The translations under genes were made by a program, and so were the position numbers. DNA of 63,832 nt, the filler included, from Globobulimina sp. (lineage: Eukaryota), in assembly GCA_003354225.1 (NCBI GenBank). It is 55 parts of 55 records of this genome, joined end to end, with 100 filler letters (N's around TTAATTAATTAA, not from the genome) between each part and the next. Parts side by side here need not be neighbours in the genome. Positions count along the whole stretch, not along the records: positions 1 to 1,063 come from PIVH01024489.1; positions 1,164 to 2,226 come from PIVH01024490.1; positions 2,327 to 3,389 come from PIVH01024491.1; positions 3,490 to 4,552 come from PIVH01024492.1; positions 4,653 to 5,715 come from PIVH01024493.1; positions 5,816 to 6,878 come from PIVH01024494.1; positions 6,979 to 8,041 come from PIVH01024495.1; positions 8,142 to 9,204 come from PIVH01024496.1; 47 more parts are not named here. One strand, given 5' to 3'. Below, piece by piece: positions 1 to 12,113 of this stretch; position 1 is the stretch's first letter, and every line of letters begins with the position of its first letter. Below the pieces are notes generated by a model. It did not search any database. It saw only the letters and a list, made by a program, of their open reading frames with translations, and had not been told where the DNA came from.

Positions 1-650
1 AGGCACAGAATTTGATTTTTTTCTGGGAATAATATTATCCCATTCAATTTTATCAGGCATTTTATTGTCCATCATATTTATTATATTGATTGGTTTATTT
101 TGTGTTTTTATTTTAAAGTGTTTTTGTTGTGAATGATTGCATGATTTACACTTTCCTTTGTTCCATCGGGACGTACCTTCCATGAATTTGCTACATTTGC
201 AATTTATATGGTTACATTTTGTTTGTTTAACATGTTTGGATATGGTTGAAATAGATAGTTTCGGTGATTTTGAATGCTGTTTTATAAATTGTTCATTTTG
301 TTGAGGTGATGTAAAGTTAGCAGTGAGTGTTAAATCTAAATAAGGATTGGATGTTTGTGAAACAGTCGATGGTTTGGAAACTTTTTGCGGTGCTTTAGCT
401 TTGAGTTTGTGTTGTGATACAAATAATGAATTTGAACTTGTTCTTTTTTCTAATTCATTTGCATTGAAATGTGATGGGTTGGTATCGGTATTTGTTGATA
501 TTGATCTGTTTCTGGTTATGCTTGGGATAATTGCTTCTTTTATGAATTTGGATGCTTGCGAATATTTTATTCCTGCATATTTCTTGAATTGAGTAGCGCT
601 TGGTGTATGACCATGTTTCCGGGTGAATTCGTCAAACTTTGCTTGTAGAT
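1..650 (-). CDS. Hypothetical protein, internal exon with a Cys/His cluster
   Basis: Own translation, open to the contig end: KFDEFTRKHGHTPSATQFKKYAG...CNHINCKCSKF...CKSCNHSQQKH; CAG acceptor at 651-653. Confidence 0.5.
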
Positions 651-1063
651 CTGACATTGTTTAATATGTTTAAAGTTTTTTACTACAAAAGTAACCATAA
701 AAAATCTTTTGTTTTCCAAAAATCTCATCATGCGTGCAAGTCGACGTTTATTCTGCTGTGTCAAACAATCACAAACCATCTCCCGTCGTTCCTATTGTAA
801 GTATGCTTTGTTAACAATTTTAATACAAATTGGTTGATTTTACTAACTTCATTGTTTATGTTGCAGCTTACACCAAATTACTGCCATCACTATCTTATAC
901 TAACACACATTTCAAGCAAACCAATTTATTCCGATCATTTTGCACTTCATCAGCATCCTCATCCAATGATGATGCTAATGATGATGCTAATATAGAAACG
1001 AATGAATTTGAATCCGGATTAGAATCAGAACTAGAAACAGAAACAGAAACAGAGCCAATTCCA

Positions 1064-1163
1064 NNNNNNNNNNNNNNNNNNNNNNNNNNNNNNNNNNNNN
1101 NNNNNNNTTAATTAATTAANNNNNNNNNNNNNNNNNNNNNNNNNNNNNNNNNNNNNNNNNNNN
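1064..1163. other. Artificial contig linker N44-TTAATTAATTAA-N44 (first of 54; last at 62672-62771)
   Basis: Identical 100-bp unit recurs every 1161-1163 bp; the 12-mer has stops in all six frames. Confidence 0.99.
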
Positions 1164-2226
1164 ATATGCCTACGGTGCCCACCATTGACCCCACTCCGTC
1201 ACCAACCACCAATAGAAACGAATGTTATGGCTCGGATTATATATTTTGCTTTTTTATGGATATTTCGTTGAAAGAGTTTGTAACAATCATTGATGAGTCG
1301 ACTACGAATGCAGCAGCCATTGGCGTTGACGTAGTTTCATTTACGATCCCGGTGATTAATATTCCTGTCAGTGATGTTTTTGATATTACTTATATAATAC
1401 AGTGGAGACCCATCAATTATCCCTGTTATAATCCGGAGGTATCTCTCCGATACAAACCCATTGCACACCCGGCTGCAGTTCAAGTGTGGAAAGGAAATCA
1501 AACCCAAATCGGGTCGTGTTCCGCGGATAAAACCGATTGTTTAAATTATGAGGACTGTGCATTGGATGATAATTTAGATGTTGCTATAATTGATACGTAT
1601 GAATGGCATGGTATTAATTTAACAGAGCCAGCCCAAGCTACCGGGAGTTGCGCCGTTGCTCAACAAACGATAAGTATGGATTTTGAGGTGACGTTATGGT
1701 GTGATTTGGAACCAAATAAACCGGGGAACATAAAGCCTGCGTTTATTGATAGTGTGATTGAAGAGATTCAATGTAATGACAGTATTACATACAAATCAAA
1801 CGCAAATGGTGCCACTTCTAATTATTATAATGTGCGACTATCGCAATTGCAGTCCAATATCACTATTTATCTCTGTATATCTGAAGCAGACACATTGCTG
1901 ACTATAAATGAATGGAATGGGCACATTTATCATGAAAAATATATGCAAGCTCCGATATTTGATAATGTCTCATCCATTGCAGTGTTTGATGAGTTTACAA
2001 TGTGTGAAGAGGGCGATGGATATTACACAGAAGTAATTGATGAATATCTGATAGCTTCAAATGATTATTATTATGTCGGTGTGCTTGTCAATGGCAGCAT
2101 GATCGAAGGAAATAGTTACGAATATGCACTGGTATTAGAATGTAATAGTTACAATCCGCATGACATTGAGGCTGAAGCAGAACCAATTCAGTGTCATAGG
2201 ATACAGATATTTGCATCCATAGTATT
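1164..2226 (+). CDS. Extracellular/surface protein fragment with PT-rich linker
   Basis: ORF spans the contig; PTVPTIDPTPSPTT, Cys-containing and acidic. Confidence 0.6.
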
Positions 2227-2571
2227 NNNNNNNNNNNNNNNNNNNNNNNNNNNNNNNNNNNNNNNNNNNNTTAATTAATTAANNNNNNNNNNNNNNNNNN
2301 NNNNNNNNNNNNNNNNNNNNNNNNNNAAAAGGTGTGGATATGGGATGGGGCAAGGATGGCCTAACATAATATATACCAGCGATCCGATTCCCCGATTGTC
2401 GAATATTGGGGTTGTCCAACTTTTCTGTGATATCTTGAGTCGTTTCACCAAACTGCTCTTAATGTTATGTTTCATGATAGGGCATGCTGTTCTGAAGGTT
2501 GGCCTTGCCCTCAGGTTGACTGTAATCGACAAGTAAAATGAAAGTAAAAGAAAGGGAAAGTTAGTAAAGGT

Positions 2572-3351
2572 TTATAAAGAAAACATAATGGAAAAACAAG
2601 GGAATATCAATACACCAATAAAATAGGCCAGTACAAGTAAAGTGGACAGTAGTGGGCCAAGTATAGTAGTTACAGTAGAGTCGAAAACAGATAAAGAATG
2701 ATAGAGGCGACTGACAGGAGATGTTTGGGCGAAACTATTATGAACTGGGAAAGGGGTGACAGCCCAAGCATCTCGTGTCAGTATTACAAATAAATGCATA
2801 TTACACATAAAGTACATAGAGAAGTAAGCAAAGTGCATAGTACCACAAGTTATCACACAAAAGTACATCAAAGTGAGCAAATACATAGTGATATCGATTG
2901 CACATATGAACGTAAGTAAAGGAACAATAAATGCATATAAAAGTACATATGTTATCTCGCGGTCCTCCGCGACACTCCCGACGAAAAAGAATTGACGAAA
3001 GTGGCTTGGGTCACGAGAAAACATAAGTGCACACAAGAAACAAAAGTAAATAAAAGTATCATATAACGTTAGTTTACATCTTTGGCATATTTCATAGCCT
3101 TTGATAACCATCTGATGGGTGAGTGTTCCTAATGTGACATCCATTGAATCTCTGGAATCATCGGGTGGCCTTCTAGGTGGTCGAATAACCATGGAAGAGT
3201 CGGTTGTACCATCATCTCCAAATCCCATGCAAACGTGTGGCATGAATGCTACAAATAACAAAATTGAGAAGGCGATACCATAGGTAACATAATTGATGGG
3301 ATTGATGACCGAAGAAGTAGGGGAACCAACCGCAGGAAAAGGGGAACCCAA
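2572..3351 (-). CDS. Hypothetical multi-pass membrane protein
   Basis: 259-aa ORF with several hydrophobic segments; no family recognised. Confidence 0.35.
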   Translation of the reverse strand: MGSPFPAVGSPTSSVINPINYVTYGIAFSILLFVAFMPHVCMGFGDDGTTDSSMVIRPPRRPPDDSRDSMDVTLGTLTHQMVIKGYEICQRCKLTLYDTFIYFCFLCALMFSRDPSHFRQFFFVGSVAEDREITYVLLYAFIVPLLTFICAIDITMYLLTLMYFCVITCGTMHFAYFSMYFMCNMHLFVILTRDAWAVTPFPVHNSFAQTSPVSRLYHSLSVFDSTVTTILGPLLSTLLVLAYFIGVLIFPCFSIMFSL

Positions 3352-3491
3352 GGTTTTGAAAGTAGAATTGGCGCCCGAGGAAAAAGTAGNNNNNNNNNNN
3401 NNNNNNNNNNNNNNNNNNNNNNNNNNNNNNNNNTTAATTAATTAANNNNNNNNNNNNNNNNNNNNNNNNNNNNNNNNNNNNNNNNNNNNTA

Positions 3492-4463
3492 ATTATCGGC
3501 CAAGGCAATGTCGCTATTGATTGTGCCCGAATGTTAGCATCGAATCTAGAGAAGTTATCGAAAACAGATATCACGTGTCATGCATTAGAAAAATTAGAAA
3601 AGTTTGAGAAGCGCATCAAAAATGTCTACATCATTGGGCGGCGAGGCGCGGTGCAGTCGTCCTTCACAAATAAGGAGTTGAGGGAAGTTATAAAAGATAT
3701 GAAGGACGATTGCGTGGCGAGCTTGAATGCTGAAGAAATGCTCAAATCTGTGGAGAGCGAGGCCTCTCAAAAGGAAATAGGCGATTCACGCGCTGTGAAA
3801 AGGAAAATGAGCATCTTTGAGGGCGCAGTGTATGACGACTCGGAGAGCGTGGTTTTGAATGACAAGAAATGTGTTCATTTTCGCTTTTTATTGTCGCCCA
3901 TGAAATTTGTGGGTGATACTGAAGGGAGGGTCAAAAGTGTTGTGTTTGAGAAGAATGAATTGATTGGAAATGTCAATCAACAAAAAGCAAAAGGAATGAG
4001 TGAGTTTATTGAAATTGAGGCTGGATTGGTTTTGACTTCAATTGGATATAAATCTCAGTGCATCGATGATGAGAATGAGATTTTAAATAACTGGGATGCG
4101 TCCAAACATATTCTAAAGAATATAAATGGTAAAATCAGCGATGGATTGTATTGTTGTGGGTGGTTAAAACGTGGGCCATCGGGCATTATTGGCACAAATA
4201 TAGCCGACGCACAACAGACAGTTAAATCGATTGTGTCTGATTATGAAGAACAGAAATTTGAGAATAATAATGTAAACAGTTTGGAATCAGACGTGAATTT
4301 TCGAAAAATATTGCAAAATAAAAATATAAATTATGTTGATAAGAATGGATGGTTTAATATTGATCAGCATGAGAAAGATGTTGGTCATCAACGCGGAAAA
4401 ATAAGAGAAAAAATGACAAATATTGATGAAATGATCCAAATTGCCAATGGATTTGACATTTGA
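3492..4463 (+). CDS. FDXR: NADPH:adrenodoxin oxidoreductase (mitochondrial ferredoxin reductase), 5'-partial
   Basis: IIGQGNVAIDCARML, IIGRRG...FTNKELRE, HFRFLLSP, SIGYKS, GWLKRGPSGIIGTN, GKIREK. Confidence 0.93.
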   Translation: MIGQGNVAIDCARMLASNLEKLSKTDITCHALEKLEKFEKRIKNVYIIGRRGAVQSSFTNKELREVIKDMKDDCVASLNAEEMLKSVESEASQKEIGDSRAVKRKMSIFEGAVYDDSESVVLNDKKCVHFRFLLSPMKFVGDTEGRVKSVVFEKNELIGNVNQQKAKGMSEFIEIEAGLVLTSIGYKSQCIDDENEILNNWDASKHILKNINGKISDGLYCCGWLKRGPSGIIGTNIADAQQTVKSIVSDYEEQKFENNNVNSLESDVNFRKILQNKNINYVDKNGWFNIDQHEKDVGHQRGKIREKMTNIDEMIQIANGFDI

Positions 4464-4652
4464 TTTGACTTTTTAGGTTCACACTTCTAAACACTTCTTT
4501 TGTGATTGGCAAGGTTTTTGGGTCAGCTAGAGTGGTTTTCAACCTAGCATTCNNNNNNNNNNNNNNNNNNNNNNNNNNNNNNNNNNNNNNNNNNNNTTAA
4601 TTAATTAANNNNNNNNNNNNNNNNNNNNNNNNNNNNNNNNNNNNNNNNNNNN

Positions 4653-5364
4653 GCTGAAGTAAATGGTGATAAACAGGAAATCCTCTCTTTTTCGCAAATT
4701 GCTGTGCGAGCAATAGTTTGTGTTTTGTGAATCTTGTGCCTTCCGGGTATATATACCACATCCACGGAGTTAATAATGCATAATCGACACCGTCCACAAA
4801 TTTCTTACATAACTTAGCAATTTTTATTTTGTCAACATTCCAATTTCGATCCAAAGGAATAGCATTTGCTAAAGAACCGATCCATCCCTGTCCCGGTATT
4901 AAAATAAAAGCTCTTTTCATGAAAACAAATGATCGATGCAGCCTCATTAAATAATCAGAAATGGCGGCGAGTGCTATGGAATCGAAGGGTGAAGCACTAT
5001 GATTACAAATTAAAATTGAATTTAAATGAAAAATATCATCGTCCACATTGGTATCGGATACAACAAATCGAACATTTGTCCAAAATTCAAACATAAATAA
5101 ACAAAATTGTGCAAAGGAAAACCAAAGTATTGCTGATAAAAACCAAATTCTTCGTGCATTTGATAATGTGTTACCTGTTAAATATTTTACGAATATCCCG
5201 AGCAGGGCGCATAAAATTGATGTAAAGAAATAGATTGGGAGTATGAACAGATTCTGCAATACAAAACGGGTTGGGACTTGGAAATGTGTGTAGCATAAAA
5301 ATAATATACAGGGCCATGCGGATAAAACTAATGTTTGGATGATAAATGACAAAAAGGAACCCAT
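4653..5364 (-). CDS. Lysophospholipid acyltransferase (PlsC/LPAAT/LCLAT family), 3'-partial
   Basis: ILICNHS, LDRNWNVDK, IYPEGTRFT, YHHLLQ; N-terminal TM helices. Confidence 0.88.
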
Positions 5365-5455
5365 GATACGAGTGAGTTGATTAAAGCTAGGTGATACGAG
5401 TAAGAAATCAATTAAAAACAGCTTACAAATGTAACATATATTTTTTCATCTGCAT

Positions 5456-5713
5456 TCAAATTTTGCCAATTATTATTCGTGTTTCATAATATCCAGGGGA
5501 CATTTCAAGGATTTGTTCATCTTTATCAAAATATTTTGAATTAAATAATAAGGGTTTCTTAATATGAAATGGCGGATTGGCATCATCAACATATAAACAT
5601 TGATTATAATTATTAGATCCCCATAAATAATATTTGTTATCCGCTGTTTTAACAATATTATGATGTCCACCACATTTAATATCAATAATTGTTTCCTTTT
5701 TTAATGTTTCATT
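5456..5713 (-). CDS. RCC1-repeat protein C-terminus (not in ORF track)
   Basis: Own translation: IIDIKCGGHHNIVKTADNKYYLWGSNNYNQC...ILEMSPGYYETRIIIGKI*. Confidence 0.8.
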   Translation of the reverse strand, partial: NETLKKETIIDIKCGGHHNIVKTADNKYYLWGSNNYNQCLYVDDANPPFHIKKPLLFNSKYFDKDEQILEMSPGYYETRIIIGKI

Positions 5714-5815
5714 TGNNNNNNNNNNNNNNNNNNNNNNNNNNNNNNNNNNNNNNNNNNNNTTAATTAATTAANNNNNNNNNNNNNNNNNNNNNNNNNNNNN
5801 NNNNNNNNNNNNNNN

Positions 5816-5969
5816 AGCCGTTCATCACATTCATGGCTCGTTTACTCATTCCAATGTCCGGATGCACTTGTTTTAAAACCTTGAAAATATAAATATTGAA
5901 TGTCTCTTTTCTTTTTCTGTTATAATTTCGAGCTGCTGCGGGTGCTGCTGCTGCTGTTTTGGCCGACAT
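5816..5969 (-). CDS. H2B: Histone H2B, N-terminal part
   Basis: [33 protein letters not shown]. Confidence 0.95.
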
Positions 5970-6980
5970 TCTTAATTTAATTTAATTGCGATGGATATAT
6001 CGATGGATGGAATGGATGGAAATTGATTTAGTTTGGCTGAATTAAGAAATATATGTTTATGTTTGTTTTGGTGAATGGTGAAGAGATAATTTTATTCATT
6101 ATCTTTATTTTAATTCAAATAATTCATTATCCGCCATGTCTATGCTTGCGGCTTATTGGTCGAATGGAGAAACATTTCTTTTAAAATTATGATATTATAT
6201 ATTGTTAATTGAAATTCATATTGCTTGACAGATGACAGATGACAGATGACAGATGAATGATATCTCAATTTATTAATTATATTTGATCTTTGTCCCATTG
6301 ATAGAATACAATTTAATATAATATTAATGCAAATGAATGGATTGGGATTGAGATTGGGATTGAGATTGGGATTGGGATATAGATATTGTATGCCATGGCT
6401 TAAATATGTTTCGGCTTGAAAAAGCTCACACTTTCTTAAATCAATTAAGCATGGATCACAAAATAAATACAATATCGCACAACTCACAATATTTATCAAT
6501 ACAATACAATAACACATGCGTAACAAAAACGAATTGCGGAACTGTTTATGTACGATTTGTACTGAATGCACTACTATCATGCATCACAAAGGCAGTTTTA
6601 TGCAATATAGGATATATATTACAGACTATGAAATTTTGAATAGTTTTGAGATCGATCGAATTTTATTTCATTGATCCAATATCTCTATTAAGCAATTGCA
6701 AATATATTTGTTGTCGATCCATATCATTACACAACCATACGGTGGTATTTATTCGTTTACTCTGTTAAATATTGATTGTAGACTGAACAAATCAACTGAA
6801 ATTTATACAAAACGTACAGGTTAATTTAATTCAGATTTAATTTCAGATTTAATTTTATGTTATAATGGTCGTGTCGCANNNNNNNNNNNNNNNNNNNNNN
6901 NNNNNNNNNNNNNNNNNNNNNNTTAATTAATTAANNNNNNNNNNNNNNNNNNNNNNNNNNNNNNNNNNNNNNNNNNNNGA

Positions 6981-7682
6981 AATTATTGTTCATTCATAAC
7001 GCCATTAAACAAACCCAGACATGAGCAATATAGGAAATTCTTTGATTATTTTAAACATTATTTGTCATTCAACCAAAGTTACAAAATGCACAAAGACAAA
7101 CAGCAGAAACAGATTGTGGTAATCAACAGAATCAAAGAAAGAGCATTTTCGAATATAAATGAACTGTATAAAGTGTTACGAGTTACTTTTGGAGATCTGT
7201 ATGACATAAAAGTGGTATACTTTGAAAATATGGATTTATTTGAACAGATTGAGATGATTAATAATATTCCATCGGGTTCGTATTTTATAAGTACCCATGG
7301 TGCGAATTTGGTGAATTTAGTGTTTTTGAAGGAATCCATCAAAGTGAGCGTTGTGGAAATATGTCCGCCATATTTGCATTGTAAGGAACATTGCCAAAAA
7401 GGAATTTTATGTCCAGATTATTATTATAAACGCTTTCCGAATCTAAATTATTATGGATTAGCACAAGAATTTAAGCATTGGAACTGCTCTCAGCATTGTC
7501 ACAAATATGGAAAGGATGCAACAAAAAAGCATGTTAATTTTTCTGTGCCACTCAATGTGCTAAATACAATGATTGATGTTATTAACAAACCGTATGATAA
7601 ACTGTATAATATCAAAAAACATACATTTATTATGATTCGAAATGAGTCCATTCAGCATAACAAATGGCTCAAGAGAGCCTGA
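6981..7682 (+). CDS. Glycosyltransferase family 61-like protein, 5'-partial
   Basis: IVVINR...FENMDLFEQIEMI...ISTHGANLVNLVFL...VVEICP. Confidence 0.8.
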   Translation, partial: NYCSFITPLNKPRHEQYRKFFDYFKHYLSFNQSYKMHKDKQQKQIVVINRIKERAFSNINELYKVLRVTFGDLYDIKVVYFENMDLFEQIEMINNIPSGSYFISTHGANLVNLVFLKESIKVSVVEICPPYLHCKEHCQKGILCPDYYYKRFPNLNYYGLAQEFKHWNCSQHCHKYGKDATKKHVNFSVPLNVLNTMIDVINKPYDKLYNIKKHTFIMIRNESIQHNKWLKRA

Positions 7683-8441
7683 GAATTTCTCGTATTTTGA
7701 TTCTTGATTCTTGTCTTTTATGTTTTAATTGTGCATCTTTTTGAAGATTCGAAAGCATCAATTTGTATGTTTCCATAAATAGTCGTTCGATTCGTGGCCT
7801 TTTGTGTATAACATAATTTCAAATAACATACAACACAGTTGTGAAGTTTTGGCGCTGGTCAACACTTCATTTGTTTTTAAACTTTTTTAATCTTTTTGAA
7901 ACTTTTTGCAAATCTTTTGAGAGCATCGACGTTAAACCAATCTTTGTGAAACAAACGTTAGAAATCAGTTATCCCATCACCTAGGAACTGAATCCACAGA
8001 ATCTCGCGCGACTTGGCAAGAAATATCATGAATTAAGCATTNNNNNNNNNNNNNNNNNNNNNNNNNNNNNNNNNNNNNNNNNNNNTTAATTAATTAANNN
8101 NNNNNNNNNNNNNNNNNNNNNNNNNNNNNNNNNNNNNNNNNGGTCAGCGAAATGCAGTGATCGATGGGACAAATCTGACCGGTCAACATACGATATGATA
8201 TTCCTATAGTAATTTCCCTTTAGCTCTGCGGTCAGCATATTATTCTGACCAGTCAGATTTGACAATATCTGACGTGATTTGGTACCGATCAGATCATATT
8301 TGATGCATTTAATTAAGGTAATTATAACCTGACTGATCAGCTTATTTCCCTGACCAGTCAGCTATCATTCTTGACCGCACGTATCTGATATTTTATCACT
8401 ATAAATTTATTTGGGTAAAACATCAAAAAATAATTTGGAAT

Positions 8442-9204
8442 TTGGATCAAAACATATTGAGAAATGCTAAAAAAATATATAATGGAAAAAAGTTTGAAAG
8501 CAAAATATTTAATAATATGTGGTGTATTTCATTGTGTCCAAATGGAGAAACGGCGGAGTATATCGGAGCATGTATTGTTATTTTGAAATTATGCGCATTT
8601 CCATTGAATGTAAGTGCTATTGACGTTCAATGGAATTTATCCATTCAACAAATTAATTTTAAACAACAGTCAGTATCTCAATTGTATAAAATTGGAGATT
8701 GTAGTTCCGGATTAATAATAGGATCATTTAATGATTTTGTAAACGTGAAAGAAATGGACATAATGATTGATGTGTTAATATTAAAAGAATATGATTCGAA
8801 TAATAAAGAAATTGACATTAAATCAATGCAAAATGAAGAAGAAAAAAATGATTTTATGGATAATGTGAATGGAAAATTAGATTTATTATCAGCAAATATT
8901 CAAGAAAAAGATAAAGAAATTGAATTATTAAAAAATGAATTACGACACAATAATGTTGCAATAAAATATCAGTTTACGTTATTTGAGGCAAAAATTAAAG
9001 CACTTTCATCAAATTTTAATCAGAAAATGCAAGAAATGAGGTCAATGAATGAGATACAAAATGTTACCATCAAATCATTGAATGATCGGATAACAACAAT
9101 TTTTGAGGAAGAAAAAAAAGAAAATGAAAATGGGAATAAAAATGATATGCATAATAAATTACGTTTTTTTTTTGAATATGAATTAAATTTACCACAATAT
9201 TTTG
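8442..9204 (+). CDS. MATH-like domain + coiled coil + start of SAM domain (partial)
   Basis: FESKIF...WCISLCPNG...LKLCAFP; coiled coil; LRFFFEYELNLPQYF. Confidence 0.65.
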
Positions 9205-9305
9205 NNNNNNNNNNNNNNNNNNNNNNNNNNNNNNNNNNNNNNNNNNNNTTAATTAATTAANNNNNNNNNNNNNNNNNNNNNNNNNNNNNNNNNNNNNNNN
9301 NNNNG

Positions 9306-10256
9306 AATGCATATTTTGTAAACGAAATACATACAGAATGTGTTGAATTGTTTAAAAATATAAAATCATTCAATGATAAGATAGAGCCTGATCTATTAAC
9401 CTATAGATCGGTGTTGTTGTCATGCAGTAAAAGTGAACAATCTTTTGAGCTGAAACAAGAAATTCATGAATGCTTAAAAAATGCTGCAACAGCTCACTGG
9501 ATGTTGAATGATCCCACCATTCAATCAAACTTAATTGCAATGTATTCAGAACATGGAATGCTTGATGTTTGCCGAGAAATATTCAATCAACATATTGAGC
9601 TGAATGATGATGATAAACAAGCATTGGTTGTATGGAATGCAATGCTTCAGAATTACTGTCGGAATGGTTATTTACATCAAGCAAAAGTGCTGTATGAATC
9701 AATGAAAAAAAATTGTAACTTGAAAGCTGATATTTATACATATTCAATATTATTAACAGCATGCAGCCATTGCGACGATATGGAATACGCAGAGTATATC
9801 TGGTTGAATGAGATAAATGACATTGATATTAAATATCATTGTATTGTGATCTCAAATTTGGTGGATGCTTTTTCAAGAAACGGATATCTCCATCACGCAT
9901 TGGAATACATTCGGAAATATGAGGATATTGGATGCAATGTACCTCATCATCCAATGTGGAGAGCACTTCTAGGCGGAGCTGTTAAATGCAATAATATAAC
10001 AATGGCTCAGCATGTTTATGATGAATATAAACTGAGATTTAAGGATTCAATCAATTGTAAGGCAGCTACTAAGGCTACTTTATTATTGGCAAATTTATAT
10101 GCTTCCCATTCTAAATTTGATAAAGTTGATGAAATTAGAAATGGAATAATTGACAAATACAATGATAGTTGCCACCAAACAATCGGTTCGAAAGACTATT
10201 ATGAGGATGATTCATGTGAATTAGTATCAGAAAAAGAGTGTAGTGAAGTTTTTTGA
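9306..10256 (+). CDS. Pentatricopeptide repeat protein, PLS class with E1/E2 extension and no DYW domain, 5'-partial
   Basis: PDLLTYRSVLLSCS (L1), SNLIAMYSEHGMLDVCREIF (S1), VVWNAMLQNYCRNG (P2), DIYTYSILLTACSH (L2), SNLVDAFSRNGYLHHA (S2), MWRALLGG (E1), LLLANLYASHSKFDKVDEIR (E2). Confidence 0.88.
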   Translation, partial: NAYFVNEIHTECVELFKNIKSFNDKIEPDLLTYRSVLLSCSKSEQSFELKQEIHECLKNAATAHWMLNDPTIQSNLIAMYSEHGMLDVCREIFNQHIELNDDDKQALVVWNAMLQNYCRNGYLHQAKVLYESMKKNCNLKADIYTYSILLTACSHCDDMEYAEYIWLNEINDIDIKYHCIVISNLVDAFSRNGYLHHALEYIRKYEDIGCNVPHHPMWRALLGGAVKCNNITMAQHVYDEYKLRFKDSINCKAATKATLLLANLYASHSKFDKVDEIRNGIIDKYNDSCHQTIGSKDYYEDDSCELVSEKECSEVF

Positions 10257-10640
10257 GCAGTGTGTGGTGTGCAAGGATAAAATTTAAACTATGTGAGATT
10301 GATTGTAAAAAAAGCAAGTTTAAATTGTATTTAATTCACCATCCCCTTGGCCTACGTCCATCTACTCNNNNNNNNNNNNNNNNNNNNNNNNNNNNNNNNN
10401 NNNNNNNNNNNTTAATTAATTAANNNNNNNNNNNNNNNNNNNNNNNNNNNNNNNNNNNNNNNNNNNNTTTATACATGTTCGATTGTATGGTCATGTCATA
10501 ATAATATGTATAAATAACATTGTTTGCAGGTATGTTATTTGCTTCTAGTAGAGATCCATATTTTGCAGCTCTTTCTTTATGCTCTGTATACAACAAAAAA
10601 TCACGAATGGTGTATCGACTTTATGGCAAAAAAAGCAAAA

Positions 10641-11345
10641 TCAAATGGTACATATATAAATGAAAACAAAACAGCAAAATATTGTACCGACACACTGCCA
10701 TAAAACATGTTTCCAATTATCGTTAAACACACACGTATGGATTATTAATTCATTTATAATTATCGCTAATATGCCAGCGCCATCGTTGTCTGCTCTGTTG
10801 TCTATAAACTGCGAATTTGAAACATTTCCATAATATCCACTGCCGGAGTTCTTATACTGTGCGAAAGGAGCCATTATTACCGTGTGTCTGTGCCGTGTTA
10901 TTGACAAAAATGTTATCCTGCACAGTCATAAAATATGCATTCACTCCCACTTCTCCACCATAACCAGCTGCATTATTAACAAAGAAATTATCAGTGATGG
11001 ATGAATTTGTGCCACACCACTGATTTTTATCCTTCACCATCGCCAGAGAAATTACTGTCAAAATTGCATCCACTGATTTTTATGTCACATTCTTGCCCAT
11101 CTCTGGATATACGTTGGTATACGCTAATATTCCGCTGGATATTGCACCGCCTGATTGCAGCGCGGTATTATGCGCAAAATTACAGCCACACACTTTAAAC
11201 CAACAGTAAAAGGATTGCAGTGCACCGCCATGCGATAAAGAATTGATATTACCCACAAATGTGAGATGTATGCAGAAACTACGTTTAATCCAACGGCAGA
11301 TTGCGTGTTACTTATAAAGTCGCATAAGGTTATAAATAATGTCAA
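10641..11345 (-). pseudogene. Disrupted right-handed beta-helix (pectin lyase-like) repeat protein
   Basis: FVNNAAGYGG, FVNNTA and FIDNRADNDGAGI repeats split across frames, with stops. Confidence 0.55.
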
Positions 11346-12113
11346 GCCTTCAAGATCATCATAAAAAGAGGGAGATCATAATTGATTAGGAATTGTATTG
11401 CAATCAGACTAAATCAAAAGATTTGTGCAGGTTATAAATTCCCAATTTAATAATAACATCTGCGCAGTGATGATATTGTCGCAGGTGGCGCCATTACAGC
11501 ACAAATATTATTGTTTTCTTTATTCAAAAANNNNNNNNNNNNNNNNNNNNNNNNNNNNNNNNNNNNNNNNNNNNTTAATTAATTAANNNNNNNNNNNNNN
11601 NNNNNNNNNNNNNNNNNNNNNNNNNNNNNNGGCTTTGAAATACATATCACAGCACTCATAATCCATTGAGTAATGGTTATCTATCATTAATATGATTTAT
11701 CACTTTGTCCCGACGTATAACAGCATCAACTGCAGTAAAAATAAGTCATGTTTTTTTAATTTCTAACGAAATAATCAAGTACGTAGTGTACTTGAAATAA
11801 TGAGTATGTAAAGTAAAAGAAAAAAAAAGGTTCACACACAATACACAAGATAAATAAACTAGTTATCTTGCAATACAATACAATATATAACACAAAAGAA
11901 ATACGTATACATAACATTTACACAAAGAAATACGTACACATAACAATGTTCCTTTAGATTCATACAAAAACAAAATTTTATTATATTAAAACATTAATAC
12001 GGCAATATATTTAAAAATTTGTTTCATTAATTAAAAATTGTTACATCCTGTTAATTAATATATAAAAAAATTCTTTAAAATTATTTTCTGGCACAATTTT
12101 ATTATCTTCGCTA

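Noticed and set aside
1108-1119. Regularly spaced TTAATTAATTAA as a CRISPR-like or biological repeat
   Set aside because: Always flanked by 44 Ns; assembly linker. ORF ends reading X...LIN are artefacts
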